Shown piece after piece: positions 29,845-42,158 of a stretch of DNA of 64,000 nt (position 1 is its first letter; each line of letters opens with the position of its first letter). Location of the stretch: NCBI GenBank assembly GCA_964291285.2, contig OZ219787.1, positions 1,952,001-2,016,000 on the forward strand. The letters run 5' to 3'. The position numbers and the translations under genes were made by a program. The notes beneath the pieces were generated by a model. The model was given only the letters and a program-made list of their open reading frames with translations. It did no database searches and had not been told where the DNA came from. The DNA is from Alphaproteobacteria bacterium. GTDB lineage: Bacteria > Pseudomonadota > Alphaproteobacteria > Bin95.

Positions 29845-31902
29845 ATGGCAGAACTTCGAATGCGATACCGCATCGGCGTCGATGTCGGGGGCACATTCAC
29901 GGACCTGATGGTGCTGGATGCCGAGACCGGCGAAGTCCATGCGCTCAAGACCCCGACCACGCCGGCGGACCCCTCCGAGGGGCTGCTCGCCGGCATAGCC
30001 GAAGCGAAGGAACGCCTCGGCTTCGAGCCGGGGGAGGTCGGGTTCATCCTGCATGGCACGACCATCGCCACCAATGCCGTGCTGGAGCGCAAGCTGCCGG
30101 AAGGTGCGCTGATCGCCAACAGGGGCTTCGCCGATGTGCTGGAGATCGGCCGGCATGTCCGCCGCGAGCCCTATACGCTGAAACCGACGCCCCAGACGGT
30201 GCTGGTGCCTCGCGACAGGCGCTACGGCATCGAAGGGCGGATGCGCTGGGACGGCAGCGAGGAGGTGCCGCTCGACGAGAAGGCCGTAGCCGGCATTGCG
30301 CGCGAGATATCGGAAGCGGGCATCGGCGCCGTCGCCGTCGCGTTCCTGCATGCCTATCGCGACCCCGTGCATGAGCGCCGCGTGGAGGACATACTGACCG
30401 AGGCGGCGCCCGGCATTCCGGTGTCGCTGTCCTCCGACGTGAGCCCGGAAATTCGCGAGTTCGAGCGGGCTTCGACCACGGTGCTCAACGCCCTGCTCGT
30501 GCCGGTGGTGAATGACTATCTGGCGCGGCTGGAAGCGCGGCTCCGGGAGGCCAGGCTTTCGGCGCGGCTCTATCTCGTGCAGTCCAATGGAGGGGTGACG
30601 ACGCCGTCCCAGGCCGCGCGGCTGCCTGTCCGCCTGCTGCTCTCCGGCCCTTCGGGCGGGGCCATGGCGGCGGCGGACCTCTCGGGAACGCTCGGGCGGC
30701 CCGACCTCGTGGCGGTCGATATGGGCGGCACCAGCTTCGATGTGTCGGTGGTCCGGGGCGGCGAGAGCACGGTCGTGACGGAAGGCGAGATCGACGGCCT
30801 GCCGGTGCGCCTGCCGATGGTGGAGATGCGCACCATCGGCGCGGGCGGTGGCTCCATCGCCTCCGTGGCACCCGGCGGAGCGCTCAGCGTCGGACCGGCC
30901 AGCGCGGGCGCCGACCCGGGACCGGCGGCTTACGGGAAGGGCGGCGCCGAGCCGACCGTGACTGACGCCAATATCGTGCTCGGCCGGCTGGACCCGAATT
31001 TCTTCCTCGGCGGCGCGCTGAAGCTCGATGCGGGCCTCGCTCGGGCCGCCGTGGCGGAGCGGGTGGCAGGTCCGCTCGGGCTCGGCGTGGAGGAAGCCGC
31101 CGAAGGCATTCTCGCCGTCGTCAACGCGCATATGGCGTCCGCGATCAAGCTCAGCCTGTTCGAGAAGGGCGCGGACCCCCGCGACTTCGCCATCGCCGCC
31201 TTCGGAGGGGCAGGCGGCCTGCATGCCGTGAGCCTCGCGGAGGAGCTGGAAATGGCTGAGGTGGTGTTCCCGCGAGACCCCGGCACCTTCTCGGCGCGCG
31301 GCATACTGACGGCCGACATTGCCCATGACGTGGCGCGCTCGCGCCTGCTGGATGCGGCGGAGAGCGCGCTGCCGGTTTTGGCTGAACTTGCGGCGGAACT
31401 GGCCGGGGAAGGCCATGCGCTGCTCGCCGCCGACCGCATTGCCGGGGACGCGCGCCGGATCCGTCTGGCGGCCGACATGCGCTATCGCGGCCAAGCTTAT
31501 GAACTTCTGGTTCCCTGGGGCGACGTGCGGCCCGACAAGCGGTCTCTCGCCCGCCTCGTCGCCGATTTCCACGACCTGCATCAGGCACGCTATGCGCATT
31601 CCGACCGTGAAGCGCCGGTCGAGATCGTCACCTTGCGCGCAACCGCCAGGGGCCTGCTGCCCAAGCCAGCCATAGCGCCGCCTGCCGCAATGGATGCCGG
31701 GCCGAAGGGCGAACGGCGCGTCTGGATCGCGGGAGGCTGGCGCGACGTGCCGGTTTATGACCGCGACCGCCTGCCGGAGGCGGTCGAGGGGCCTGTCATC
31801 GTCGAGGAAGCCCATGCGACGCTTCTGGTGCCGCCGGGATGGCGTCTGGCAATGTCGTCCGGCGGCCATCTGGTCGCGCGGCGCGGGGGAGAAGGCGCAT
31901 GA
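29845..31902 (+). CDS. Hydantoinase/oxoprolinase A subunit
   Basis: IGVDVGGTFTD, HGTTIATNA, DMGGTSFD, SAGADPGPA. Confidence 0.93.
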   Translation: MAELRMRYRIGVDVGGTFTDLMVLDAETGEVHALKTPTTPADPSEGLLAGIAEAKERLGFEPGEVGFILHGTTIATNAVLERKLPEGALIANRGFADVLEIGRHVRREPYTLKPTPQTVLVPRDRRYGIEGRMRWDGSEEVPLDEKAVAGIAREISEAGIGAVAVAFLHAYRDPVHERRVEDILTEAAPGIPVSLSSDVSPEIREFERASTTVLNALLVPVVNDYLARLEARLREARLSARLYLVQSNGGVTTPSQAARLPVRLLLSGPSGGAMAAADLSGTLGRPDLVAVDMGGTSFDVSVVRGGESTVVTEGEIDGLPVRLPMVEMRTIGAGGGSIASVAPGGALSVGPASAGADPGPAAYGKGGAEPTVTDANIVLGRLDPNFFLGGALKLDAGLARAAVAERVAGPLGLGVEEAAEGILAVVNAHMASAIKLSLFEKGADPRDFAIAAFGGAGGLHAVSLAEELEMAEVVFPRDPGTFSARGILTADIAHDVARSRLLDAAESALPVLAELAAELAGEGHALLAADRIAGDARRIRLAADMRYRGQAYELLVPWGDVRPDKRSLARLVADFHDLHQARYAHSDREAPVEIVTLRATARGLLPKPAIAPPAAMDAGPKGERRVWIAGGWRDVPVYDRDRLPEAVEGPVIVEEAHATLLVPPGWRLAMSSGGHLVARRGGEGA

Positions 31903-33524
31903 CCGATCTGAGCCCCATCGATATCGAGATCATCCGCAACGCGCTGGTCGCGGCGGCGGAAGACATGAACGTGACCATCTGGCGCACGGCCCGTTCCACG
32001 GTCGTCCGCGAGACGCTCGACTATTCGACGGCCGTGTTCGACGCGGAGGGGCGAAATGTCGCGCAGTCCGCGCGCATCGCCATCCACCTGAACTCCATGG
32101 CGACCTGCCTCGAAGGCATCCTCGCAGGACCCGTCCCGCTGGCGGAATGGCGGGAGGGCGACGTCATCGTCACCAACGACCCCTATGCCGGCGGCCAGCA
32201 CCTGCCCGATGTGCTGACCTTCAAGCCCGTCTATTTCAAGGGCCGGCGGATCGCGATTACCGGCACGCTGACCCACCACACCGATGTCGGCGGCGGCGCG
32301 CCCGGCAGCTATGACGCGAGCGCGCGCGAGATCTACCAGGAAGGGCTGCGGATCCCGCCCTGCAAGGTGGTGGAGGCCGGACGGGTCAACAGCGCGTTGC
32401 TCGGCGTCTTCTACGCCAATACCCGCGAGCCGGAGAAGGTGCGCGGCGTTTTCGAGGCGCAACTCGCCTCGCTCGACATCGGCGCGGCCGGCGTGCTGCG
32501 GCTGGCGGAACGGTTCGGCCCGGAGAGGCTCCAGGCCGCGACCGACCGCATTCTCGACCGCTCGGAAGCCGCGATGCGCACGGCCATCGCCGGCATTCCG
32601 GACGGCGCGTACCGTTTCGAGGATTTCGTGGACGATGACGGCATCACCGAGGAGCCGCGCCTCATCGCCGCCGAGGTTCGCATCGACGGCGAGACCGCAA
32701 AGGTCGATCTCTCCGCTTCGGGGCCGCAGGCGGCGGGGCCGGTCAACTGCACGCTCAACATGTCGAAATCGGCGGTCTATTGCGCCTTCATGTGCGCCGC
32801 CGGGCTGGAGGTTCCGGCCAATTCCGGTGCCTATCGGCCGGTCGGGATCACGGCGCGCGAGGGCACGATCTGCAATGCGCTGCCGCCCGCGCCGGTGGCG
32901 AACCGCATGGCGACCGCGCACCGCATCGTCACCACCGTTCTGGGCGCGCTCGGCCAGGCGGCGCCGGAGCGCATATCCGCTGCCTATTACGGCGTGAGCT
33001 ACGTCTATGCGCTGGGCCTCAAGGGGCGGTCCGGCCGGCCCGAGGTCTATTTCGACATCGAGGTCGGCGGCTGGGGCGCGCATCCGGATGCCGACGGCGC
33101 GAATGCGCTCTCCGCCTGCCTGCACAATCTCGCCAACACGCCCATCGAAATGGTGGAGAGCCTTTATCCGCTCACCATCATCGAATACGGGCTGGCGCCC
33201 GGCAGCGGCGGCGAGGGCAGGCGGCGCGGCGGGCTCGGCCTCCGGCGCGAGTTCCGGCTGGACGCCGGGGAAGGCATGCTGTCCACCAATTACGACCGTT
33301 TCCGGGTTCCGCCCTACGGGCTTGCCGGCGGCGGCGCGGGCGCGCCGGGCCGCTCCGTGCTGACGCGGGACGGCGAGGCGGTCGAACTCGGCTCGAAGGT
33401 GTCGAACCTGCCCGTACGCCGGGGCGACCGCATCCTGCTGCAGACCTCCGGCGGCGGCGGGCACGGCGCGCCGGAAGACCGCGACCCGCAGGACGCCGCC
33501 CGGGACCGGCGGCTCGGCTACTGA
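31899..33524 (+). CDS. Hydantoinase B/oxoprolinase subunit
   Basis: TNDPYAGGQHLPD, HHTDVGG, EIYQEG, GGGGHG. Confidence 0.93.
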   Translation: MTDLSPIDIEIIRNALVAAAEDMNVTIWRTARSTVVRETLDYSTAVFDAEGRNVAQSARIAIHLNSMATCLEGILAGPVPLAEWREGDVIVTNDPYAGGQHLPDVLTFKPVYFKGRRIAITGTLTHHTDVGGGAPGSYDASAREIYQEGLRIPPCKVVEAGRVNSALLGVFYANTREPEKVRGVFEAQLASLDIGAAGVLRLAERFGPERLQAATDRILDRSEAAMRTAIAGIPDGAYRFEDFVDDDGITEEPRLIAAEVRIDGETAKVDLSASGPQAAGPVNCTLNMSKSAVYCAFMCAAGLEVPANSGAYRPVGITAREGTICNALPPAPVANRMATAHRIVTTVLGALGQAAPERISAAYYGVSYVYALGLKGRSGRPEVYFDIEVGGWGAHPDADGANALSACLHNLANTPIEMVESLYPLTIIEYGLAPGSGGEGRRRGGLGLRREFRLDAGEGMLSTNYDRFRVPPYGLAGGGAGAPGRSVLTRDGEAVELGSKVSNLPVRRGDRILLQTSGGGGHGAPEDRDPQDAARDRRLGY

Positions 33525-33555
33525 ACGCATCTGAGACAAAGGACGGCAAGGGGCC

Positions 33556-34332
33556 ATGACACTGGAGACCGACGGGTTCCGTATTGAGACCGACCCGGAC
33601 AACGAACGCGTGGACATCGTGCTCGACCGCCCGCCGCTCAATGTCGTGCGGATGGCGCAGCGCCCGCTGCTGCGCGCGGCCTTCGAGGCGTTCGACCGCG
33701 ACCCGGCAGTGCGCGTGGTCGTCGTCCGGGGGGAGGGCGAGCATTTCACCAGCGGCGGCGACATTCCGGGTTTCATGGAAGCGAGCCCCGAGACGGTATC
33801 GCAGCTTCACAAGAACATCGCCGCCGCCGAGCGCTGTTCGAAACCGGTGATCGCCGCCATACGGGGTTTCTGCATGGGCGTGGGCTTCGAACTGGCGCTT
33901 GCCTGCGATTTCCGCATCGTGACCGAAACGGCCCGGCTTGCGCTGCCGGAGATCAATCTCGGCATGATTCCGGGCTCCGGCGGTTCGGCCCGGCTGCAAC
34001 GCATGATCGGCATTTCGCGCGCCAAGAACGTGGCGATGCGCGCCCGCCGGATCACCGGACAGGAGGCCTTCGACTGGGGCCTCGCCTGCGAACTTGTCGA
34101 AGACGCGGAACTCGAAGCGGCGACGGATGCGCTGGTCAATGAGTTGCGCCGTTTCTCCCCGCTCGCCCAGCGCACGCTGAAGCAGGTGTTCAACGCGGGC
34201 GAGAACGCGCCGCTCGAACAGGCGATGGAGATCGAGGGCCAAGCCTACGGCCGGCTGCGCATGAGCGCCGATTTCGCCGAGGGCGTTGCCTCTTTCGTCG
34301 AGAAACGCCGCCCGAACTTCAGGGGCGAGTAG
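33556..34332 (+). CDS. Enoyl-CoA hydratase/isomerase family protein
   Basis: FTSGGDI, GVGFELALACD, LPEINLGMIPGSGG. Confidence 0.92.
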   Translation: MTLETDGFRIETDPDNERVDIVLDRPPLNVVRMAQRPLLRAAFEAFDRDPAVRVVVVRGEGEHFTSGGDIPGFMEASPETVSQLHKNIAAAERCSKPVIAAIRGFCMGVGFELALACDFRIVTETARLALPEINLGMIPGSGGSARLQRMIGISRAKNVAMRARRITGQEAFDWGLACELVEDAELEAATDALVNELRRFSPLAQRTLKQVFNAGENAPLEQAMEIEGQAYGRLRMSADFAEGVASFVEKRRPNFRGE

Positions 34333-34341
34333 AGCGGAGGC

Positions 34342-34384
34342 GTTTCGGATCGGCCCGACATACGTTCCAATCCGAAACTCTTTT
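34342..34384 (+). terminator. Hairpin between convergent genes, probable terminator
   Basis: GTTTCGGATCGG...CCAATCCGAAAC (11/12 paired) followed by TCTTTT. Confidence 0.45.
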
Positions 34385-34399
34385 GCCTTGGAAAGCCCT

Positions 34400-34684
34400 T
34401 TACCCGTCGGCCTCGCGGCGTTCTTCTGCGCGGCGCTCAGCAATCAGTTCATCGGCCATAGAGACGCCTTCACGCGCCTCGTCGCGCACTATCCGCTGCA
34501 AATGGGCGACGGCCGCTTTCGGCGCAAGTATCCTCAGTTCCCCGTCGACCACGCGCGCGGTCAAGAGACCGGTTTTGTCGACAAGCATCGCTTCACGCAT
34601 GTCGGCAGGGATCACGAGTCCTCCGTCCTCGTCGATGCGCAATCTCTGCGAATCGACATTGCCCGGGCCGACAGGCTGTCCCAT
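34400..34684 (-). CDS. AbrB/MazE/SpoVT-family antitoxin (orphan)
   Basis: RLRIDEDGGLVIPADMREAM...DGELRI...SMADELIAERRAEERRE; no PIN toxin downstream; could start at GTG 34708. Confidence 0.8.
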   Translation of the reverse strand: MGQPVGPGNVDSQRLRIDEDGGLVIPADMREAMLVDKTGLLTARVVDGELRILAPKAAVAHLQRIVRDEAREGVSMADELIAERRAEERREADG

Positions 34685-34704
34685 TTCGGATTTCCGGGGC
34701 CTTG

Positions 34705-37287
<2,583 letters not shown>

Positions 37288-37363
37288 ATGTCCGTCTCCG
37301 TCTTCAGACGCGAGCCTCTGTCGGGAGGGCCGCAGCCTGCGCGCCGCTCCCGCTCGAAGACGG

Positions 37364-37392
37364 ATATGGGAACCGGCGGCGGCGCGCGCAAG
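37364..37392 (-). promoter_or_regulatory. RpoH (sigma32)-type promoter of clpB
   Basis: CTTGCG-N16-CCCATAT on the minus strand, upstream of a heat-shock gene. Confidence 0.7.
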
Positions 37393-37425
37393 GAGATGCG
37401 ATGCCCCGCCCGGCGCGACCGGAGG

Positions 37426-37944
37426 TCAGACCGCTTCGGCTGTAGCCTCTTCGGCGGGAGCGCCTTCCGCCGGCTGCGTCGCCTCGCCGGTTTCGGCGGC
37501 GGTCTCCTCGACCGGAGCGTTGCGCTGGCGGCGGCGGCGGCGCGGACGGGGATTCGCCGATTCGCTGCCCTCGGCCTCGGAAGGCCGGTCGGCAGCCTCC
37601 CGGTCGGGCCGGGCCTCGGCCTCGGACTCCTGTGCGCCGTCGGCGTTGCGCTGAGCGTCCGCCGGCGCCGGCTGGGGCTGCTGCGCCTGAGGCGGCGCGA
37701 ACTGCGCCACCAGGCGCTGGTAGTGCTCGGCATGCTGGAACAGGTTCTCCGCCAGCACCGAGTCGCCGCTGGACTGGGCGTCGCGCGCCATTGCCAGATA
37801 GCGGTCGAGGATCTGCTGCGCGGTGCCGCGCACCCGTCCTTCCGGTCCGTTGCTTTCGAGGGCCTGGTTGCGGTGGGCGGGCGCACGTCCGCTCCGCATG
37901 TTGCTGCGGCCGCGTGAGCGGCGCGGTGGCAGGTTTTGCTTCAT
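37426..37944 (-). CDS. DUF4167 domain protein
   Basis: ESNGPEGRVRGTAQQILDRYLAMARDAQSSGDSVLAENLFQHAEHY; usual clpB neighbour. Confidence 0.93.
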   Translation of the reverse strand: MKQNLPPRRSRGRSNMRSGRAPAHRNQALESNGPEGRVRGTAQQILDRYLAMARDAQSSGDSVLAENLFQHAEHYQRLVAQFAPPQAQQPQPAPADAQRNADGAQESEAEARPDREAADRPSEAEGSESANPRPRRRRRQRNAPVEETAAETGEATQPAEGAPAEEATAEAV

Positions 37945-38120
37945 GTGCTCTCTGTATCTAGAGGCGGTGACGAACGACGCGAGGCCAGCGGGCTCTCATT
38001 CGCGTCGTTCCGGCTCCGCTGCAATAGCTTCCCCGCGGAACCCGACGCAAGGTTAGCCCGGATGCGCAGCTTTGCAACCCCCTCCTGTTTCGCGTGCCGG
38101 GACAGCTATATGCCGCCCCG

Positions 38121-38473
38121 TCAGGCGGCGCGTATCAGGTCCACTTCCATGCGGACGCCGTCATAGGGAAAGCTCATGCGGCCGCCCTCGCCGCGGTCGA
38201 GGAGTCCGGCCTTGACGAGCGCGGTCATGTCCCGGTGGACCGCCTTTACGTCGCGTTCCACCCGCCGCGCGACCTCGCGCACGGGTAGCGGCCCCGCACC
38301 GGCCATCGCCTGCAGGATCGCAAGGCGCTTCGGCGCGTATACCCTGTGAAGCAGATCGACGGACGCGAAGGCGATGCAGGGTTCCGTTTGCCGGCCCGCC
38401 AACGCCTCATCCGCGTACCGGGTTCGCTCCTCGGAGCTACCGTAAGCGTCACGGTCCGTTTCTTCGCAGCCAC
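38121..38473 (-). pseudogene. Frameshifted HVO_A0114-like winged-HTH antitoxin/regulator
   Basis: N-terminal RTVTLTVA and the body IAFASVDLL...PVREVARRVERDVKAVH.D...FPYD are in different frames; shift near 38405. Confidence 0.7.
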
Positions 38474-38477
38474 CTGC

Positions 38478-39164
38478 CTAAACGACTTTCACCTCAATCC
38501 GCCCGACGCCCTCGACCTCGCCTTCGAGGCGGTCGCCGGGGGAGACGGCGGCGACGCCGGCGGGGGTGCCGGTCATGATGAGGTCGCCCGGCATGAGCGC
38601 GAAGAGCGCCGAGATGTGCGCGATCACCTCCGGCAGGCTCCAGATCATCTCCGAGATATCGCCGTCCTGCCGCAGTTCGCCGTTGACATGCAGGCGCACG
38701 GCCCCTGTCTCCGGGTGGCCGATCTCGCTTGCCATCACTACGGGCGAGCAGGGCGCGGCATGGTCGAACGCCTTGCCGATCTCCCAGGGCCTGCCGAGCT
38801 GCTTGGCGACGCCCTGCAGGTCCCGGCGCGTCATGTCGAGGCCGGCGGCATAGCCGAAGACATGGCCGAGCGCGTCCTCCTCGCCGATATCCCGCCCGCC
38901 GGTCCCGATGGCGGCGACAAGCTCCATCTCGTGGTGCAGGTCCGCGGTGCCGGGCGGATAGGGCATGTCGCCGCCGCCTGCGACGATGGAGGTCGCGGGC
39001 TTCATGAAGAAGAAGGGCGGCTCGCGGTCCGGGTCGTGGCCCATCTCGCGCGTGTGCTCGGCGTAGTTGCGCCCGACGCAGAAGATCCGCCCGACGGGAA
39101 ATACCGCCTCCGATCCCCTGACCGGCAGGACCGTCCGGGCCGGAGCCGGAACCGCATAGGTCAT
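38478..39164 (-). CDS. Fumarylacetoacetate hydrolase family protein (fumarylpyruvate hydrolase-like)
   Basis: RIFCVGRNYAEH, FFMKP, HHEMEL, DMTRRDLQ, MTGTPAGV. Confidence 0.92.
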   Translation of the reverse strand: MTYAVPAPARTVLPVRGSEAVFPVGRIFCVGRNYAEHTREMGHDPDREPPFFFMKPATSIVAGGGDMPYPPGTADLHHEMELVAAIGTGGRDIGEEDALGHVFGYAAGLDMTRRDLQGVAKQLGRPWEIGKAFDHAAPCSPVVMASEIGHPETGAVRLHVNGELRQDGDISEMIWSLPEVIAHISALFALMPGDLIMTGTPAGVAAVSPGDRLEGEVEGVGRIEVKVV

Positions 39165-39315
39165 GATGCCGCTTCCTTCCTTTGCATGGCGCCGCATCTT
39201 GCCCGCCGCCGGGAGGCAGTCAAGGAACGCGCATTGCCTTTTTCGTTGCCGAGCGTGTCACTGCATGGAAACATTGGACGCCGGCCGACGGGACGGCCGG
39301 ACACGGGGAGGGACG

Positions 39316-41328
39316 ATGAGCACGAACGCGCGATGCGTGGCCCTTGTGGGCCCTTATCTCAGCGGCAAGACGAGCCTGATGGAAGCCATGCTGCACGCCG
39401 CCGGGGCATTGACGCGCAAGGGCAGCGTCAGGGACGGCAACACGGTCGGCGACGCCTCGCCGGAGTCGCGCGACCGGAACATGAGCACGGAGATCCTGCC
39501 GGCTCGCTTCAACTATCTGGGCGACGACTGGACGGTGCTGGACTGCCCCGGCTCGGTCGAATTCCTGCAGGAGGCGATGCACGGCGCGGTGGTCGCGGAC
39601 ATCGCGGTGGTGGTCTGCGAACCGGACCCGGCGCGCGCCATCATGCTGGCGCCGATCCTGCGCTTCCTCAATGCGCGCAACATCCCGCACATCATCTTCA
39701 TCAACAAGATCGACACCGTGACCCAGGGGCTGGCGGAAACCATGGAGGCCTTGCAGGGGGTCTCCGGCAAGCCGTTGGTGGTGCGCCATATACCCGTCGT
39801 CGAGGGCGAAGCCGTGTCGGGCTATGTCGATCTCATCAGCGAGCGCGCCTACAGCTACAGCGAAGGCGGGCCCTCGGAGCTTATCAAGGTTCCGGACTCG
39901 GTGGGGGACGACACCGAGCTCGCGCGCCAGGAGCTCATGGAGGCGCTGGCGGACTTCGACGACACGCTGCTTGAGGCGCTGCTGGAAGAGGCCATTCCCG
40001 CCCGCGACGAGATCTACGCCTATTTCAAGGCCGCGCTGGCGGAGGGCCATATCGTGCCGGTGATGCTCGGCGCGGCGGAGCGGGACCACGGCATAGTCCG
40101 TCTGCTCAAGGCGCTGCGCCACGACACGCCCGATGTCTCGCGCGCCGCCGCCCGGTTCGAGGCCGGCGACGGCAAGGTGCTGCAGATTTTCAAGACCTAC
40201 CATGCGCAGCACCAGGGCAAGCAGAATCTCGCCCGCGTCTTTTCGGGCATACTCAACGAGGGCGACAATCTCGGCGGCGAGCGCCTCGGCAATCTGGCCA
40301 GCATGCACGGCGCCAACCTGACCAAGGTGAGCTCGGCCGAGGCGGGCGATGTCGTCGCTATCGGGCGTCTCGACGCCTTCGAGACCGGCCAGATGCTGAC
40401 CGCCGGCGGCGCGGAGAGGCCGGACGCCTGGCCGGGACGGCTCAGCGCGATCTACGCCGTGGCGCTCCATGCCGAGAAGCGCAGCGACGAGGTGAAGCTT
40501 TCCGGCGCCCTCCAGCGGCTTGCGGAGGAGGACGGCTCCTACCGGATCGAGCCCAACCCGGAGACGCATCAATTGCTGCTCTGGGGCCAGGGGGACCAGC
40601 ATCTCCAGGTCGGCGTCGCGCGGCTCCAGAGCAAATACAACATCGCCGTGGAAACCGAGCGCCCGCAGACGCCCTACCGCGAGACCATCCGCAAGGGGAC
40701 GGAGCAGCATTCGCGTTTCAAGCGCCAGTCCGGCGGCCACGGGCAGTTCGGCGATGTGGTGGTCGATATCGCGCCGCTGCCGAGAGGCGAGGGCTTCGCC
40801 TTCGAGGAGAAGGTGGTCGGCGGGTCGGTGCCGCGCCAGTTCATCCCGGCGGTGGAGACCGGCGTGCGCGAGTTCCTGTCCCGCGGACCGCTCGGTTTCC
40901 CGGTGGTGGACCTCGTGGTGACGCTGAAGGACGGCAAGCACCATCCCGTGGACAGCTCCGAACAGGCGTTCAAGACCGCCGGACGGCTCGCCATGAGCGA
41001 GGGGCTGCCGAATTGCAGCCCGATCCTGCTGGAACCGATCCTGAAGGTGCAGGTGCATATCCCGTCCGAATACACGGCGAATATCCAGCGGCTGCTGGCA
41101 GGCCGCCGCGGCCAGATACTCGGTTTCGACGCCCGCGAGGGCTGGGCCGGATGGGACCGGGTGGACGCTTTCCTGCCGCAGTCGGAAATGTCCGACATGA
41201 TTATCGAACTGCGCTCGCTGACGCTCGGCGTGGGCACGTTCGACTGGGAATTCGACCATCTCCAGGAACTGTCCGGAAAGCTCGCCGACGACATCGTCGA
41301 GGCGCGCAAGCAAGCGGAGGCGCACTGA
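39316..41328 (+). CDS. Elongation factor G-like paralog (FusA2 type)
   Basis: GPYLSGKT, DCPGS, NKID, GGHGQFG, VDSSEQAF, ILLEPI; not in the str operon. Confidence 0.9.
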   Translation: MSTNARCVALVGPYLSGKTSLMEAMLHAAGALTRKGSVRDGNTVGDASPESRDRNMSTEILPARFNYLGDDWTVLDCPGSVEFLQEAMHGAVVADIAVVVCEPDPARAIMLAPILRFLNARNIPHIIFINKIDTVTQGLAETMEALQGVSGKPLVVRHIPVVEGEAVSGYVDLISERAYSYSEGGPSELIKVPDSVGDDTELARQELMEALADFDDTLLEALLEEAIPARDEIYAYFKAALAEGHIVPVMLGAAERDHGIVRLLKALRHDTPDVSRAAARFEAGDGKVLQIFKTYHAQHQGKQNLARVFSGILNEGDNLGGERLGNLASMHGANLTKVSSAEAGDVVAIGRLDAFETGQMLTAGGAERPDAWPGRLSAIYAVALHAEKRSDEVKLSGALQRLAEEDGSYRIEPNPETHQLLLWGQGDQHLQVGVARLQSKYNIAVETERPQTPYRETIRKGTEQHSRFKRQSGGHGQFGDVVVDIAPLPRGEGFAFEEKVVGGSVPRQFIPAVETGVREFLSRGPLGFPVVDLVVTLKDGKHHPVDSSEQAFKTAGRLAMSEGLPNCSPILLEPILKVQVHIPSEYTANIQRLLAGRRGQILGFDAREGWAGWDRVDAFLPQSEMSDMIIELRSLTLGVGTFDWEFDHLQELSGKLADDIVEARKQAEAH

Positions 41329-42116
41329 TGTCGAGAGCAAAAACCGCCGCAGCGTTCCTGCGCGAGGCGCGTCTGGCGGGACGGCGCGAGCCTGCTATTC
41401 CGGAGGCCTGCGCGCCCCGCAACGAGGATGAGGCGAAGGCCATCTGGCAGGCGCTGCATGCGATGGAGGACCGCAGGATCGTCGGCTGGAAGATCGGCGC
41501 GACTGCGACCGCCGCGCAGCAGGCGATGGGCCTCTCCGGGCCGTTCGCCGGCCACATTTGCGAGGGCATGGTCGATGAGGGAGCCGAGATCGATTACCGG
41601 TTTGCGGACCTGCTGGGGCCGATCTACGAGAGCGAATACGGCTTCCGGCTCTCGGCCGACCTGCCGGCGCGGGCGCAGCCTTACAGCCGGGAGGAGGTCG
41701 AGGCCGCAATCGGTTCGCTGATCGCCGGCATCGAGCTCCCGGAGCGCCGGCTTGCGGACGACCAGCCGCTCGGCCCGATCGGCACCATCGCCGACCATGG
41801 TGGCACCGGGCGCTACATCGTCGCGCACGAATTCGAGGACTGGCGCGATATCGACTGCGTGGACCAAGAGGTGAGCCTGACCTTCAACGGCGTGGAAGCG
41901 GGGCGCGGCACCGGCCGGGCGATGATGGGTCACCCGGTCGAGGCGGTGCGCTGGCTCGCCAACCATCTCTCCGGTCTCGGCCTCGGGATGACCGAGGGCC
42001 AGTTCGTGACCACAGGCTCCTGCACGGGCGTTCTGCCGGTGCCGGGACCGGACACGCTGGCGGTCTCCGATTTCGGGCCTCTCGGACGTATCCAAGTGAA
42101 CTTCGCAGGGTCCTGA
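41328..42116 (+). CDS. 2-keto-4-pentenoate hydratase family (FAH fold)
   Basis: GWKIGAT, ESEYGF, GHP.EAV.WLAN, VTTGSCTG. Confidence 0.85.
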   Translation: MSRAKTAAAFLREARLAGRREPAIPEACAPRNEDEAKAIWQALHAMEDRRIVGWKIGATATAAQQAMGLSGPFAGHICEGMVDEGAEIDYRFADLLGPIYESEYGFRLSADLPARAQPYSREEVEAAIGSLIAGIELPERRLADDQPLGPIGTIADHGGTGRYIVAHEFEDWRDIDCVDQEVSLTFNGVEAGRGTGRAMMGHPVEAVRWLANHLSGLGLGMTEGQFVTTGSCTGVLPVPGPDTLAVSDFGPLGRIQVNFAGS

Positions 42117-42158
42117 CCGGCTGGATTTTCGGCGCGCCGCTGCTATGGTCGCGGCCCC

